64,000 nt of DNA, taken from positions 21,613 to 85,612 of the forward strand of contig NW_005434494.1 of NCBI RefSeq assembly GCF_000315625.1, given 5' to 3'. This document shows positions 34,512 to 47,241 of the stretch, in pieces. Origin of the DNA: Guillardia theta CCMP2712. Its lineage: Eukaryota > Protista > Cryptophyta. Within the stretch, counting starts at the first letter, position 1; each line of letters opens with the position of its first letter. A program made the position numbers and the translations under genes. The notes under the pieces were generated by a model. The model ran no database searches. It was not told the DNA's origin and worked only from the letters and a program-made list of their open reading frames with translations.

Positions 34512-34834
34512 GGCCCGACTCTAGCCTCATGACGCGGCTACATGAAGCCGTGAAAAGTAATCGATACGGTATATTATATTTTAAATTGATTTAAAAGTAT
34601 AATATTTCAATAATATTTCAACGTTTCGAAATGTCGTTCCATGTTGTAAACTGTGTAGTACAGAGTGTGTAGCCGCGAAATTTCGCGGTTACGCACGCGG
34701 CTACACTCCTATAAACTAAACTTTTAGTATTGCAATCGAACAGTATTTTGTTCAATTGCCCTTAGGTAAATTCAAATTCCAAATAACTTCTTTTCGATGC
34801 GTAGCCGCGTGCGACATGAGGCTAGAGTCGGCCC
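34512..34834. mobile_element. PIF/Harbinger (Tourist-like) MITE, family A
   Basis: 20-bp TIR ggcccgactctagcctcatg / catgaggctagagtcggccc (1 mismatch), flanked by TAA on both sides; AT-rich interior with repeated gtagccgcg/cgcggctac words. Confidence 0.85.
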
Positions 34835-35268
34835 TAAGTTAAAAATCAGTACGAGGACAATCAGGAGAGTCGAGGAGTAAATAAACAGCCTATATAAAAA
34901 TCTTCGGGATATTATTATAGTTTTAAATATTTGAAATGATACATTTTCATGAACGAGAATTTACCTCGAGATAGCATCCACGAGATTGGGCAGAAAAAGT
35001 CAATGCAAGGCTCAATCGGGGGTACTCAGCCTACTGCATTTCATAGCAAAGCCTCTAATACCAAACGCTTCAGCCTGTTTGACTGTCGATTGGCCCCTTT
35101 ACAAAAGTCGACTCCCTTGCAGCCACTACCCTCACCCCCTCTTCCTTTCTTACACAGTGCACCGCCTCACGCCCTGCCCAAGATAGCCCTGACCTACCAG
35201 CCCCAACACCAAGGAGAGCTTCACTCGACACGTCGTTCCATATCCGTCCATCCCTTCACTGAGAAGCC

Positions 35269-35739
35269 ATACTGGGCCCTAAGGTAGCCCGAGTCTTCCT
35301 CCGCAAGCGAAGAGGCGAGGCAGGGGTTGGCGACCAGCAGCCCTCCCAGAAGGAGATCCTCATCACCAACGAGACCATCGAGTCTCTCCTCCACCTCCGT
35401 CAGGTCGACGCCGCCAACCAGCTCGGCATCTCCCTCACGGCCCTCAAGAACGCCTGCAAGTACCTTGGCTTCGACGACTGGCCGACGGCGAGGAGCAACC
35501 TGATGGCGGCTCAGCACGGGAGATCAGGGGAGCTGCCGTCGCTGGTGTCAGGACCTGGGCAGGGAAGGCAGGGAGCGAGACGAGGGAGGGACGGGAGGAA
35601 GCGGACGATGCCAGAGGGAGACGTGGGAGGAGGGAGAGGGGAGAAGCGGAGGGTGCTTGCGGAGAGTCTCCCGGAGCTGAGGAGCCACGGGCTGGAGGAG
35701 CTGATGCTGGACGCGCTGGAGCACGTTGCGAGTGCATGA
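35269..35739 (+). pseudogene. RWP-RK-like copy 4 (intronless LxPKVAR subfamily) with ATG changed to ATA
   Basis: Nearly identical to 37277-37747 but begins ccATActgggccctaag; in-frame TGA at 35260-35262; the next ATG (35503) lies after the RWP-RK motif. Confidence 0.75.
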
Positions 35740-37276
35740 GGAGGAGAAAGGGAGGGGGGGAGGGAGGAGTTTGTATGGAACGGTAGGCTGATGATGGCAA
35801 GCTTGTTTTTGTGTATTTGATCTATTGGTTTTGAAAAGTTTAGATTGGTCGTGTTCGTGTCTCTGCATTCTTCGCGGGAAAAGTCATGTCTTCTTGAAGC
35901 AGATGATTTAAGGATGGAGAAGAATGCTAGTTTAAATCTTGTTATCTTTTCATTTCCATGCCAAGGCGGCAGGATGTTATCTGATCAATAAGATTGATGA
36001 TTTTCTGATTTCATTGTCTTGCAATTTTCCTGAAAATGAATTTTAATGGAAGTATCAGTGAATCGGCGGACTCAAACAAAGGGGTGGTTAGTAATACTCA
36101 TGACCACTCTTTGTCCTGCTCTCTTTGCATCGCAGTCGTTTATCGAATCCACCTCAACTCTCCTCGATTGCTTGTTTCTACAGTGTCCGATTGATCTCGC
36201 GTTCCTGTGGATAGATTGCGCTGTGTTATCAAAGATAGATAGATGTATTGTTGGATTCGTCTTCGCTAAACACAACCGAATGACTGTCTAATTCCATAGC
36301 TTGCCGTTTTAGATGCCCTTATCCTTGACAACTTTCCTTGCCCCTGTTCATGCTTCTATTATCTTGCTCGCCCACGTTCTGGTTCTCATCTTTTACTCGG
36401 TTCCCTCCCAACCTTAATCCGCACTCGTCCTCGTCCTCGTCCTCGTCCTCCTGTCATATCACATCCTTGTATTTCTCGCTGTCTTCATCCTGGTGCATGG
36501 AGATCAGACTATTAGCGCCCTCTTGTCTCGAGCTGCCTCGGAGGGTTCAATGACTGCAAGGCTGAACTCATCTCAGCAGGAGTCATATCATAGTCTCATG
36601 CTTGTGATGTCATTGATGATGTTGCACGACCTGATCAAGCTCTTGATATAGTCCTCCGCTCTTCCTCCCCTCGTGCTAGGATCAACGCGTCAGAAGCTGT
36701 TCATCGGAGAGTCTCCTTTGCCTTCCTCCCCGCACCTACTTGTCATGCTCATGCTCTCGCAGAGACACGACCGCAGCTACAGCTCTTCTCCCACCCTTGT
36801 GTGCACGCAGTCGAGTCAGCACGGCATAGCGTAGCTCCTCCCCGTGTCCTGCTCATTGTTCCCAGATCCCGAGCTCAAGATTTCAACTGGTGTGGGTTTA
36901 CAAGGCGGGGTCCAAGAAGGCGAAACCCAGGCTCTAAGGTTAGTACCCCAACCTTGAAGATTCCATAGCAGAGCCAATATTGAAATCAGGCCTACCCTGT
37001 TTGCCTGTAATTGAAGGGCAACAAACTCGGAAAGATCCGAACGTCCCTTTGTATGTGTGCTAGTACAATAACCCCCTTAGCTCTCCTCCTCCCCTCCGCT
37101 TCCTCCATCCCCGCTCCTCCTCCTCCCCTCCGCTTTCTCCTCCCCTCCGCTTTCTCCTCCCCCCCGCTTCTTCTACCCTCCGTTTCTACACAGATCACCT
37201 GCTTTTGTTCCCTCCTTCACCTATCTACGCGTCACATTCTATCCGATCCTCAGCACAGGCGTGCACATTCATATCC

Positions 37277-37747
37277 ATGCTGAGCCCTAAGGTAGCCCGA
37301 GTCTTCCTCCGCAAGCGAAGAGGCGAGGCAGGGGAGGGCGACCAGCAGCCCTCCCAGAAGGAGATCCTCATCACCAACGAGACCATCGAGTCTCTCCTCC
37401 ACCTCCGTCAGGTCGACGCCGCCAACCAGCTCGGCATCTCCCTCACGGCCCTCAAGAACGCCTGCAAGTACCTTGGCTTCGACGACTGGCCGACGGCGAG
37501 GAGCAACCTGATGGCGGCTCAGCACGGGAGATCAGGGGAGCTGCCGTCGCTGGTGTCAGGACCTGGGCAGGGAAGGCAGGGAGCGAGACGAGGGAGGGAC
37601 GGGAGGAAGCGGACGATGCCAGAGGGAGATGTGGGAGGAGGGAGAGGGGAGAAGCGGAGGGTGCTTGCGGAGAGTCTCCCGGAGCTGAGGAGCCACGGGC
37701 TGGAGGAGCTGATGCTGGACGCGCTGGAGCACGTTGCGAGTGCATGA
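37277..37747 (+). CDS. RWP-RK-like protein copy 5 (intronless)
   Basis: MLSPKVARVFLRKRR...LLHLRQVDAANQLGISLTALKNACKYLGFDDWPTARS...EELMLDALEHVASA*. Confidence 0.9.
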   Translation: MLSPKVARVFLRKRRGEAGEGDQQPSQKEILITNETIESLLHLRQVDAANQLGISLTALKNACKYLGFDDWPTARSNLMAAQHGRSGELPSLVSGPGQGRQGARRGRDGRKRTMPEGDVGGGRGEKRRVLAESLPELRSHGLEELMLDALEHVASA

Positions 37748-38409
37748 GGAGGAGAAAATGCCTGAGTTTGTATGAAAAGGTTGGTCTGTGAGAGCCGACC
37801 GTTTTGTGATAGTTTGCTATGGAAAAGTGATATGTGCGCTCGAATGAATGAAGAGAAAAGAAAGAAGAGAGGGGGAAAGGGAGGGGGGGAAGGAGGATGG
37901 GAGTATGCTCGAATGCCAGACCTTTGGTTGCATTTTCTCTATTGATTACAAGAGTGTTTTCATCATGTATCCTCAACAGGCTTCATCCATGTTGAAATAC
38001 CAGCCACATTGGCAGGTTATGAGTTGTTGCTGGAAGCGTCTATTGTCAGAGAGCAGCCAGAATATGATCTACAAAGAGATCGAGTAGAAACATCAAAGTG
38101 CGTTAGATAGCACGCATGGGGAAATTGAGAATAATCAAATGGAAACCTTAAAGGTGAGCTTAAACTTTATGTTAATAAGAGCTTGCTTCAAACACACAGG
38201 TAAGAACTCTTCCAAGCAGTTGTTTTGCAATCTTGGTAGTGCATGCTGTTCACCCCCCAAAAAGGATTTCGTCGGTTGATGCAGTTATAATCTGTTTCAG
38301 GCACACTGCTCTTTGACATCTATGTCTTTGTGTTCCTCCTCCTCCTCTACATCTTTGTCCTCTACATCTTTGTCCTCTACATCTTTGTCCTCTACATCTT
38401 TGTCCTCTA

Positions 38410-38464
<55 letters not shown>

Positions 38465-38477
38465 GTCATCGTCATCG

Positions 38478-38509
<32 letters not shown>

Positions 38510-38699
38510 GTTGCAATTTTCCGATTCACTTTCTTTGTCCTTGCCCTTGTTCGAAACGTGATGGTTGGCCTGCTGTCACCCTCCTTGTGTTGTCCGTCCT
38601 ACGTTTTTCTGCTTCATCTTCCTCATAGCTCTTCGTTCCTTCATCTTTCTCAGAGCTCTTCATTCTTCATTCTCACATGATCTCCTTTCGTTCCTGTTC

Positions 38700-40650
38700 T
38701 TGCTCATGTTCTCAGATCTTGTTCTTTCATGCCATCTTCATGATTGTGATCAAACACACCCTTCTTCTTGTCACGAAGGACGGGAGGGAGAAGGAAGTGA
38801 AGGAATGAAGAAAGCTTCATGTATTGTCACCTTGCTGTACACAGAGCATGTTATCAACAAGTAGTATTTCAATGCTTCGCTCCTGCCGTCCATTTAAAAC
38901 AGAAAACAGCTGCTGGACAAGAAGTCTTTGTTCACCTTCGCCTTGTTGTCATCGCCACCAATTTCCTGATTGTCTCTTTTCATCTAGATCTACCCTCTAC
39001 AGAGGGAGGGAGAGAAGGGAAGGAAAGAAAGATGGAGGGATGGAGGGAAAAAATCAAGAAATGGAGGAGGAGAGAGAGTGAGGAGTGAGGGAGTGAAGAA
39101 GGAAGTGAGGGATTAGAGGAGGAAACGACTTCAACATACGCTGTTACCAGGAGACAGAAGCTGAATCAAACATCAAGATGTACATACTTGTCTCAACAGG
39201 AACGAGGTAACTAGGAACAGACATGGAAACGATTCATCGATTCAAGCAGGGCAGCTTGTCTGAAGAGAGACAGGAGGAGGGCTGAGAGGAGCGGAGAGAA
39301 AACGGGGAGAAAGAAAACTAGATCACGACAGCTCAAGAGAGGGTCGTCAGAGCACTAAGACAAACCTTGTGAAGATAAAACAAGAACATCAGCGTCAGAG
39401 CACTAAGACAAACCTTGTGAAGATAAAACAAGAACACTGGCATTGCGAGTAACGAGCGTGTTGCGACGAGAATGTTCTTACTGAAGTTGGCACAATACGC
39501 CAGCTGACAAGCTGATAGGAAAGAAACATCAAGATAGCAGCAAAGACAAAGGAAGGAGAGAAGGAGAGGTAATAGGGACACAGTTCAATGCAGAAACAGA
39601 GAGGAACGAGGGGAGAGAGTCAGTCGGGGGGGGGGTTGAGAAGATGGACGCGGAGTAAAAAGGTAAGGAAAGAAGCCGGAATCAGCACATACCTGTTTGT
39701 TCTGCAATTGTTTTCCACTCGTGCTGCAGGTAACAGCAGTGTCTAAGTTGTCTAAGTCAACAGCGTCTACGTCTTTCATATAGTAGCCCTGTAAAGATTG
39801 GACAAGCGCTATCATCACTGTCGACAACAGGATCTTGTTGTTCATACACAAGCCATACACCATGTCAGGATCCGTTGTGTCACTTGATACCAGTCGCTGT
39901 CGCAATGATGGAGATGGCCTGTCTTGTTTGTGGATATACAAGCTTCACAGCCCTCAGATTGTTGTTGCCACTGTCGGCAATCGGAGCATACCTGTGCTTC
40001 TTGTTGTACTAGACGACCGAAGGGTTGTTGAACGTGGTAGTACTTCAGTTTCCATTGATACATCCTGTACTGTTGTCTCAAAACCATACTGTTTTTCCAT
40101 GTTTTCCGAAGGGTCCATGCGTAGAATTTGTGTTCATTGCCCCATCACATGTTATTGTTGCTTCACTTTTGTCAGGCCCCACTGATCTCCATTCCTGTTT
40201 GATGAATCACAATGCCGTTCCTTCTTGTCCGAGAATTCACAACTCGTGCTTTCTTTGTTTGCTACTCGTTGTCATGTCTTCACTGACTTCCACAGCTCCT
40301 GACTTCACTCTCATCCTCGGGTTGTATGCTAAAATGCATCTCTCCTCCCCTCTCTTTCCTTCTTGATCCCCTCATTCCACTGCGTTCTTTCCCACCCGGC
40401 TCCTCACCCTTCCACCGCTCCCCTCCTCTCTCCACCTCTACTTCCCCTTCTCTTCCTCTCTCTCATCATGGTTCTGATCCCACCGTCCTGCTCGTTCACG
40501 CACATCCTACAAGAGTCATCCAGTGAATGTTGATGTTCGTCGGACAAAGAAAAAGAACGAGTTCGAAACAAGGACGGCAAGGGAGTGTTGCGCACAAAGA
40601 GATGCAAAAACACACCAGTGACTCCAAGACTGATGACTGTCTTGCATCCT
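38700..40650 (-). CDS. Possible multi-exon hypothetical gene; boundaries poorly defined
   Basis: Coding-like stretches (RQRLVSSDTTDPDMVYGLCMNNK; GYYMKDVDAVDLDNLDTAVTCSTSGKQLQNKQ; FSKNILVATRSLLAMPVFLFYLHK) separated by pyrimidine-rich intron-like tracts on the minus strand. Confidence 0.3.
39346..39436. repeat. 48-bp tandem duplication
   Basis: gtcagagcactaagacaaaccttgtgaagataaaacaagaaca at 39346 and 39394. Confidence 0.92.
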
Positions 40651-41036
40651 GGTCCACGCACTCTCCTCAACTAGTTTTTGAAGGAGCCGACCATAATTGC
40701 TGTTGAGGAAAAAAGCAAAAAAAAGATAGATACCCCACTTATGTATTGTCGAAAGGGGTCATTCAACATACCCTTTTTAATAGAACTACCCCACATTGAT
40801 TTATCATTAGATACCAAAATAATTTACTCTAATAAGGTGGAGTACTAATAATTGGTTCATCTCCTAACTGTGAACATGTTCCATCGTCACGCACGTACAT
40901 GTCACAGACAAAAACGTGCACGTCAATCAAATCAACAATGCAGGATAGAGCAGAAGCAGAAGGCTCCTCATCCTCGTCCTCGTCCTCGTCCTCGTCCTCA
41001 TCCTCGTCCTCGTCCTCATCCTCGTCCTCGTCCTCA

Positions 41037-41123
<87 letters not shown>

Positions 41124-41844
41124 CCCCCCTCTCTCTATGCTTGCCTTCCCCACATCGTACATTCTGGAAACTCACTCCCCCCTGCCTCCCCACTTCATGC
41201 CAATTTGTTCCATTTCAACACATCCCTCCTAATATCCTTTACCGATCCCTTCTGGACCCTCCTCCCTTTTTCTGGCCCCTCCCTCCCTCCCTCACTCCCT
41301 CCCTCCCTCCCTCCCTCCCTCCCTCCCTCCCTCCCTCCCTCCCTCCCTCCCTTCCACTAAATCTGACCTCCCTTAATCCATTTCCGATTCAACCAATCCT
41401 CGTTTCTCCCCTCTCCCCGTCCCCCCCCTTCCTCCTTCCTCCTGCCGTCTCTCTGGCCCCATAGCTCCGTCTCTGCCTTCTTGACTTCAATCTGGCATCT
41501 CTTCCTCCCCTCCGCAAGCCACCCGCCCCTCCCTCCCTCTCGCATGCATGGTCCCTCTCCCCTCCTGTCCGGCTCGCATCATTCCTTCAAACAATCTTCT
41601 TCATCCCAGCACATCGTTCAAGACTGCTATCCTCCTCCCCTGCGTCTGCTCTATAGCTATGTTTGCTCTTTTGCATCGAGTTCTCTATGTAATGCTACAG
41701 ACTGATCAACAACGCTGTCTTGAAGGGTATGTTGACATCATCTTGTATCATACCTGACAACCTTTCTGGTCACTTCCCTTCATTCCTTAACAAGTCACTT
41801 TGTACTGCCCTTGCATTATGCGTCGCTGCTGCTTCCTTTGCTGC

Positions 41845-42012
41845 TTCCTCTGCTGCTCCTGCTCCTGCCCCTGCTCCTGCACTTGCTCCTGCTCCTGCAC
41901 TTGCTCCTGCCCCTGCATTTGCGTTTGCATCTGCGTTTGCATCTGCGTTTGCATCTGCATCTGCATCTGCATCTGCATCTGCATCTGCATCTGCATCTGC
42001 ATCTGCATCTGC
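41845..42012. repeat. Compound (CTGCTC)/(GCATCT)n hexamer tract
   Basis: Direct reading. Confidence 0.9.
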
Positions 42013-42737
42013 TCCCATCTCCCATCCCGCTCTCTCTTTCTTTGAGTCTGAAATTACATTGCAAGCCAAAGCAACTCTCAAAAGTCCTTTGGTTGCAAGA
42101 TCCAACACCCCCTCTGTTTGCCGTCTGCACGTGAAGGTCTGCATTCCAACGAACTGATTAAATGAAGTACGAGGGATGTTTTGTGCTATTCTCTTCACAA
42201 AAATAGACCAATAATCTCAATGTGCAGCATGCGTGATCATTGCAGAGGTGCGAGGCTCTTGTAAGCTCTGTGATGTGCTATTCACTGTGGTTGTTTTTGG
42301 AACAAGGCTTTATCTAGGTGGAACAAGATCGTCGGCAGTCTCAACAACATTACATGATAACAGGCGCGATCTATGTTGTGGAGAACAGGAGACAACGATG
42401 CCAAAGAACACACTTGGTAGCTCGATGCCGAAGGACTGGCTGCTCACAGCGATGTTTCATCATCAATCAACGTCAATGTACGATGCAGGCATTGAGGAGC
42501 AGTCCAGGGAAAGTCAAGAAATCAATCAGAACAAAAAGTGTCTCAGTCTTGCGTAGACAAAATTCGTGTTGATTGATGCCGTTGCAAACATCTCAAATTC
42601 GTGCCTCACGCAAAGCAAACCGAAGGTGTTCTCGCACGAGATAGCCATCTTGAATCAAACCCTCAAAGCAAGGCATCATTGTATCCATTACACGTTGCAT
42701 CACTGAGATCATAACTTCTCCTTCCTCTGGTTGCATA

Positions 42738-43322
42738 TCACAGATCCGCCACGTGCTCCAGCGCGTCCAGCATCAGCTCCTCCAGCCCGTGGCTCCTCAG
42801 CTCCGGGAGACTCTCCGCAAGCACCCTCCGCTTCTCCCCTCTCCCTCCTCCCACGTCTCCCTCTGACATCGTCCGCGCTGTCTGCCCACTCCCCCTCACC
42901 ACCTGATTCCTCGCAGCCGCCCCTCCCTCTGGCCTCCCTGCCGCTGCCGCCGCCAATTCAACATTCCCTGGCCTCCGCTCTACAAGCGGCCTTACAGACG
43001 ACGAGCCCCCATCATGGGGCCCTCCTGCCTGCCCAGGTCCTGACACCAGCGACGGCAGCTCCCCTGATCTCCCGTGCTGAGCCGCCATCAGGTTGCTCCT
43101 CGCCGTCGGCCAGTCGTCGAAGCCAAGGTACTTGCAGGCGTTCTTGAGGGCCGTGAGGGAGATGCCGAGCTGGTTGGCGGCGTCGACCTGACGGAGGTGG
43201 AGGAGAGACTCGATGGTCTCGTTGGTGATGAGGATCTCCTTCTGGGAGGGCTGCTGGTCGCCCTCCCCTGCCTCGCCTCTTCGCTTGCGGAGGAAGACTC
43301 GGGCTACCTTAGGGCCCAGCAT
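42738..43322 (-). CDS. RWP-RK-like protein copy 6 (intronless, long middle)
   Basis: MLGPKVARVFLRKRR...GISLTALKNACKYLGFDDWP...EELMLDALEHVADL*. Confidence 0.9.
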   Translation of the reverse strand: MLGPKVARVFLRKRRGEAGEGDQQPSQKEILITNETIESLLHLRQVDAANQLGISLTALKNACKYLGFDDWPTARSNLMAAQHGRSGELPSLVSGPGQAGGPHDGGSSSVRPLVERRPGNVELAAAAAGRPEGGAAARNQVVRGSGQTARTMSEGDVGGGRGEKRRVLAESLPELRSHGLEELMLDALEHVADL

Positions 43323-44189
43323 GGTTGTCAACAGGTTTCAGGCAGTCAACAGGTTCTTTGGCTGCCGAATTATCTGAATTTTGATTTCTTCAAGTTCTTG
43401 TTCAGTTCTGACTCTGAGTTGCTTTGAATGATCGAGATCAAAGTTTTGGTTATGTGTTTGCCGTGGGCCAGACGAACACAAATCTCAAGGGGGGCTTGCC
43501 GTTAAGGGATGGCCTTGGTTGGGGTCAAGAAGGAGTTTGTTTTCCCTTCACTGTTGTAGCTCTGAAGATCAAGATCGATTTGTCGCTGCTAGCTGAACAA
43601 GCGATGAATGTGCTGTCAGGAGTCGAAGAGTAGCTAAGCGGTAAACCGAGCATGCGGCGATCGAGATAAGAAGGGGATTGTGGTCTACCTTGGGTGGGGT
43701 GGTATTGATTGGAAGCAGGGGTACGTATCTCGCAGTTCATGTCAGGGGTGGGGTAGTCAATTTAGAGACCCATGAGGACCCATGAGGGGAAAGCACAAGA
43801 TATCCATGAGCGATGAAAATAAGGAATATCTGCCAGGGTGCAAAGGTAAGCAGTATGCCTGATTTACTTACAGGATCAATCAATAAATAATGACAGTTAG
43901 GTACTCCTCCTGACGCATCAACACTTGACTTCTTGCAACACAGGGAGGTCGTTGAGACCTTTACAACACAAGGAGTTTTTTTGGGGGAGAATTCATACTG
44001 GAGCGGGCTCGCACAAAATATCCCACGAAACGTTGTGTTTTCTTTATCTGTCACGTGGGCTCACGGCATCTCAGAACTCACCGTATCAGTCGACCCGCCT
44101 AAAACAACCGTTGGCCACATTCTTTACTCAAAGTTAAGTTAAAGATGAGTACGAGAAAGTGACTGTAAAAAAAGAATATCATCCTGGCA

Positions 44190-45440
44190 GTCGGACTCAG
44201 TGAGCCCGCGCCGCGCGGCCGGGCCGGGCGGCGGGCCCCGGCTACGGCCGACCGGCGGCCCGGGCCCGGTTTCCAAGCCAAGTTCAGTCCCGATTCAAGG
44301 CCCGGCGCTGGCCGCGGTGACCCCGGCACTGCCGCGTGACTGGCCCCCGGGTGACCCGGCGCAGGCGACCGTCCGACGCCCCGCCGCCCGCCGGTCACCA
44401 GGGCGAGTCACACCGTGGCACTGTCGGTGGCCGGGCAATAGTTTCGGAAGCCGCCCAGTGCCCGGCCCGGCCCGGCGGGCCCGGGCCGGGCCGCGGGGGT
44501 GCCGGGCGGCCCGGGCGGCCGCGGCGTATGCCAGTGACCGGCCCGGTCACCGGGTGCCACACAATGCCATCATGATCATGCCGCTGATGCCTCGTGAGCC
44601 GCTCATGCCGGCATCTGAGGCGGACCCGAACCAGTATGCCAGCCGCACGGGCCGGGCCGCGGCCCGTCACAGGCTGAGTCACTGAGACGGACTCTGCCTC
44701 GGAATACGGTAGTCATCTTAACTTGTGGAATGCTACTCATTGCCGCGTGCGCTCACAGCGGCCCGCCGTGACCGGTGGGCCACGGCCCGGGGTGACCAGG
44801 ACCGTAGTACGGCGGCCGCGCCCTCAGAGCCTGGCCGGGCACCGTGGCCGCACCCGGTGACCGGGCCGCATCCGATGATTGTGACCGTCTCAGTCACGTG
44901 GCACGGTGCCCCGGGCCCGGCCGCGTGCCGCAGTGCGCGGCGACCGTCGCTGAGTCCGACCGTCTGGCAGCCTCACTGACTCAGCCGCCTGGTCGCCGCC
45001 GGGCGCCGGGCGGCCGCGGCGGCACTGAACTCGACTCTTGCCAGCCTTCACCGCCGCGCCGGGATAGGCCCCGCCGGGGCCGGGCCCGGGGCGGCCCTAG
45101 CCCGGTAGTACCGTCGTACCCGGTACCGTACGGTCACCGGGTTGAACGGTTCCGACAGCGCGGCCGCCCGGACTGAATGTGAGCCCGAACTTGGAACGAC
45201 TCGGTGGCCGGGTTCGGTGACCGTAGTACGGTACTCAGTTACGGTAGTACTTAGTGCCAGTGATCGGACTGCACTGACTAGCCTGTAGTGATCGGACTGT
45301 CTGATCACCTCAAAGTATGGGAGTGCCAGTGAAATCATGGCCAGTGTTTCAAGTTTTCTCATGATGATACTGAATCATTACGGGCTTCACTGATCATGTC
45401 ACAGTCATGCTACAGTGATTCCAAGGCCGCGCTTCAAGTT
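44190..45440. other. GC-rich palindrome-saturated island 4
   Basis: For example cccggcccggcccggcgggcccgggccggg, cccggtagtaccgtcgtacccggtaccgtacggtcaccgg and accgtagtacggt; upstream of RWP-RK copy 6. Confidence 0.75.
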
Positions 45441-45745
45441 GACCTTGCCACGAAGGCTTGGATCAACCATGATCGATTTGAACGAATCCAAGTTCAACTA
45501 ACCCACTTCCAATGATGAATACATCGATTGGAGTAAAACAAACAGCTTTCCACAAATCGCCGGATCATGACGCCTTTCCATTCCGGCGTGCTAAATGATG
45601 TGAACAGGTCAGCATTCAAGACCCGGGGTGACCCAATTTTTTGCATATCAAGTTGACATGATTGAAAATCCACTATGTTGAACGGAGCAAAAAAACTCAT
45701 GCTTGTTCTGCTCTGCAAAAAAAATATATCCCCAGTCCTGTATTG

Positions 45746-46330
45746 TCACACACCCGCCACATGCTCCAGCGCGTCCAGCATCAGCTCCTCCAGCCCGTGG
45801 CTCCTCAGCTCCGGGAGACTCTCCGCAAGCACCCTCCGCTTCTCCCCTCTCCCTCCTCCCACGTCTCCCTCTGACATCGTCCGCGCTGTCTGCCCACTCC
45901 CCCTCACCACCTGATTCCTCGCAGCCGCCCCTCCCTCTGGCCTCCCTGCCGCTGCCGCCGCCAATTCAACATTCCCTGGCCTCCGCTCTACGAGCTGCCT
46001 TACAGACGACGAGCCCCCGGCATGGGGCCCTCCTGCCTGCCCAGGTCCTGACACCAGCGACGGCAGCTCCCCTGATCTCCCGTGCTGAGCCGCCATCAGG
46101 TTGCTCCTCGCCGTCGGCCAGTCGTCGAAGCCAAGGTACTTGCAGGCGTTCTTGAGGGCCGTGAGGGAGATGCCGAGCTGGTTGGCGGCGTCGACCTGAC
46201 GGAGGTGGAGGAGAGACTCGATGGTCTCGTTGGTGATGAGGATCTCCTTCTGGGAGGGCTGCTGGTCGCCCTCCCCTGCCTCGCCTCTTCGCTTGCGGAG
46301 GAAGACTCGGGCTACCTTAGGGCCCAGCAT
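45746..46330 (-). CDS. RWP-RK-like protein copy 7 (intronless, long middle)
   Basis: 194-aa ORF almost identical to copy 6. Confidence 0.9.
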   Translation of the reverse strand: MLGPKVARVFLRKRRGEAGEGDQQPSQKEILITNETIESLLHLRQVDAANQLGISLTALKNACKYLGFDDWPTARSNLMAAQHGRSGELPSLVSGPGQAGGPHAGGSSSVRQLVERRPGNVELAAAAAGRPEGGAAARNQVVRGSGQTARTMSEGDVGGGRGEKRRVLAESLPELRSHGLEELMLDALEHVAGV

Positions 46331-47241
46331 GGTTGTAACAGAAACGGATAGCTTGCTTGGCGGTAGAATACAGATAGGATGGTGGTTTCAGTTCGCTCTG
46401 TAGTTTTTTTTCTGTTCGTTGTTGTGCTGCTTCCCTGACGAGCACTAACAAGCCATATCGAGGAAGACGTGTGCTTGAATTGAGCAGCGTTGGTTGCCGG
46501 GGGTGGGGTACGCGAAATTGCCGGTATCGTGATCTCGGAGATTGGGTAACGTGACTAGGTTCCAGCGAACGATCTGGAGATGAAGAAGTTGAAGTACATG
46601 TTTGTAAGAGTCTCCGAAACGTTGCGTCTGGCCCATGGACCAACTGGCGGCAATACAATCACATCGGTTCATGAAAAAAAGGAAAAAGCAAAAAAAAAAC
46701 AATTGTTTGCCCCTAGCTAGCGGAGTACGCGATGAAACATATCATGTTGGGCTTACAATCTCTGGTTAAGGTTTAAGCTTCAATGGCGCCCGAAACCTCG
46801 TCACGGGTACACAGATGACCCCTACCCCCATGATACCCACCTAACTACTGGTTTACAAGAAGAAAAGAGAAAACCCAATGTACGGTTTTACCTGACATCG
46901 TTTTACTACTGCGATACTCTGCTAAAACCTTTTTTTGCACCACCACCCTCTTGCCTGCGGTGCAACGGCACCACCCCCTCAGCAGGACTCATCTCATACC
47001 CCCTTTCGATACACCACCCACCCCTGATTGCTCCCTCTTCGATTGATTTCCTCAAGGAGGGGTTTTGTCCTGCACGCATATCACGCGGCAGTTCACGAAC
47101 AGAATCCTTGCTCCTCTGCTTTGTCCACCTGCTTCAACTCTACTTGTGTCTCAGCCTCAGCCTGATAGGTAGTGGTTTCTGCCTGACGCCACTTGCCTGT
47201 TCCCGATTCCATCCCAACAAGTTCTAGCGCTGTCCAAGATC

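Noticed and set aside
42731-43427. Repeated antisense ORFs such as MLSRHQVAPRRR... and ...RAPARPASAPP...
   Set aside because: Shadows of the duplicated RWP-RK coding sequences.
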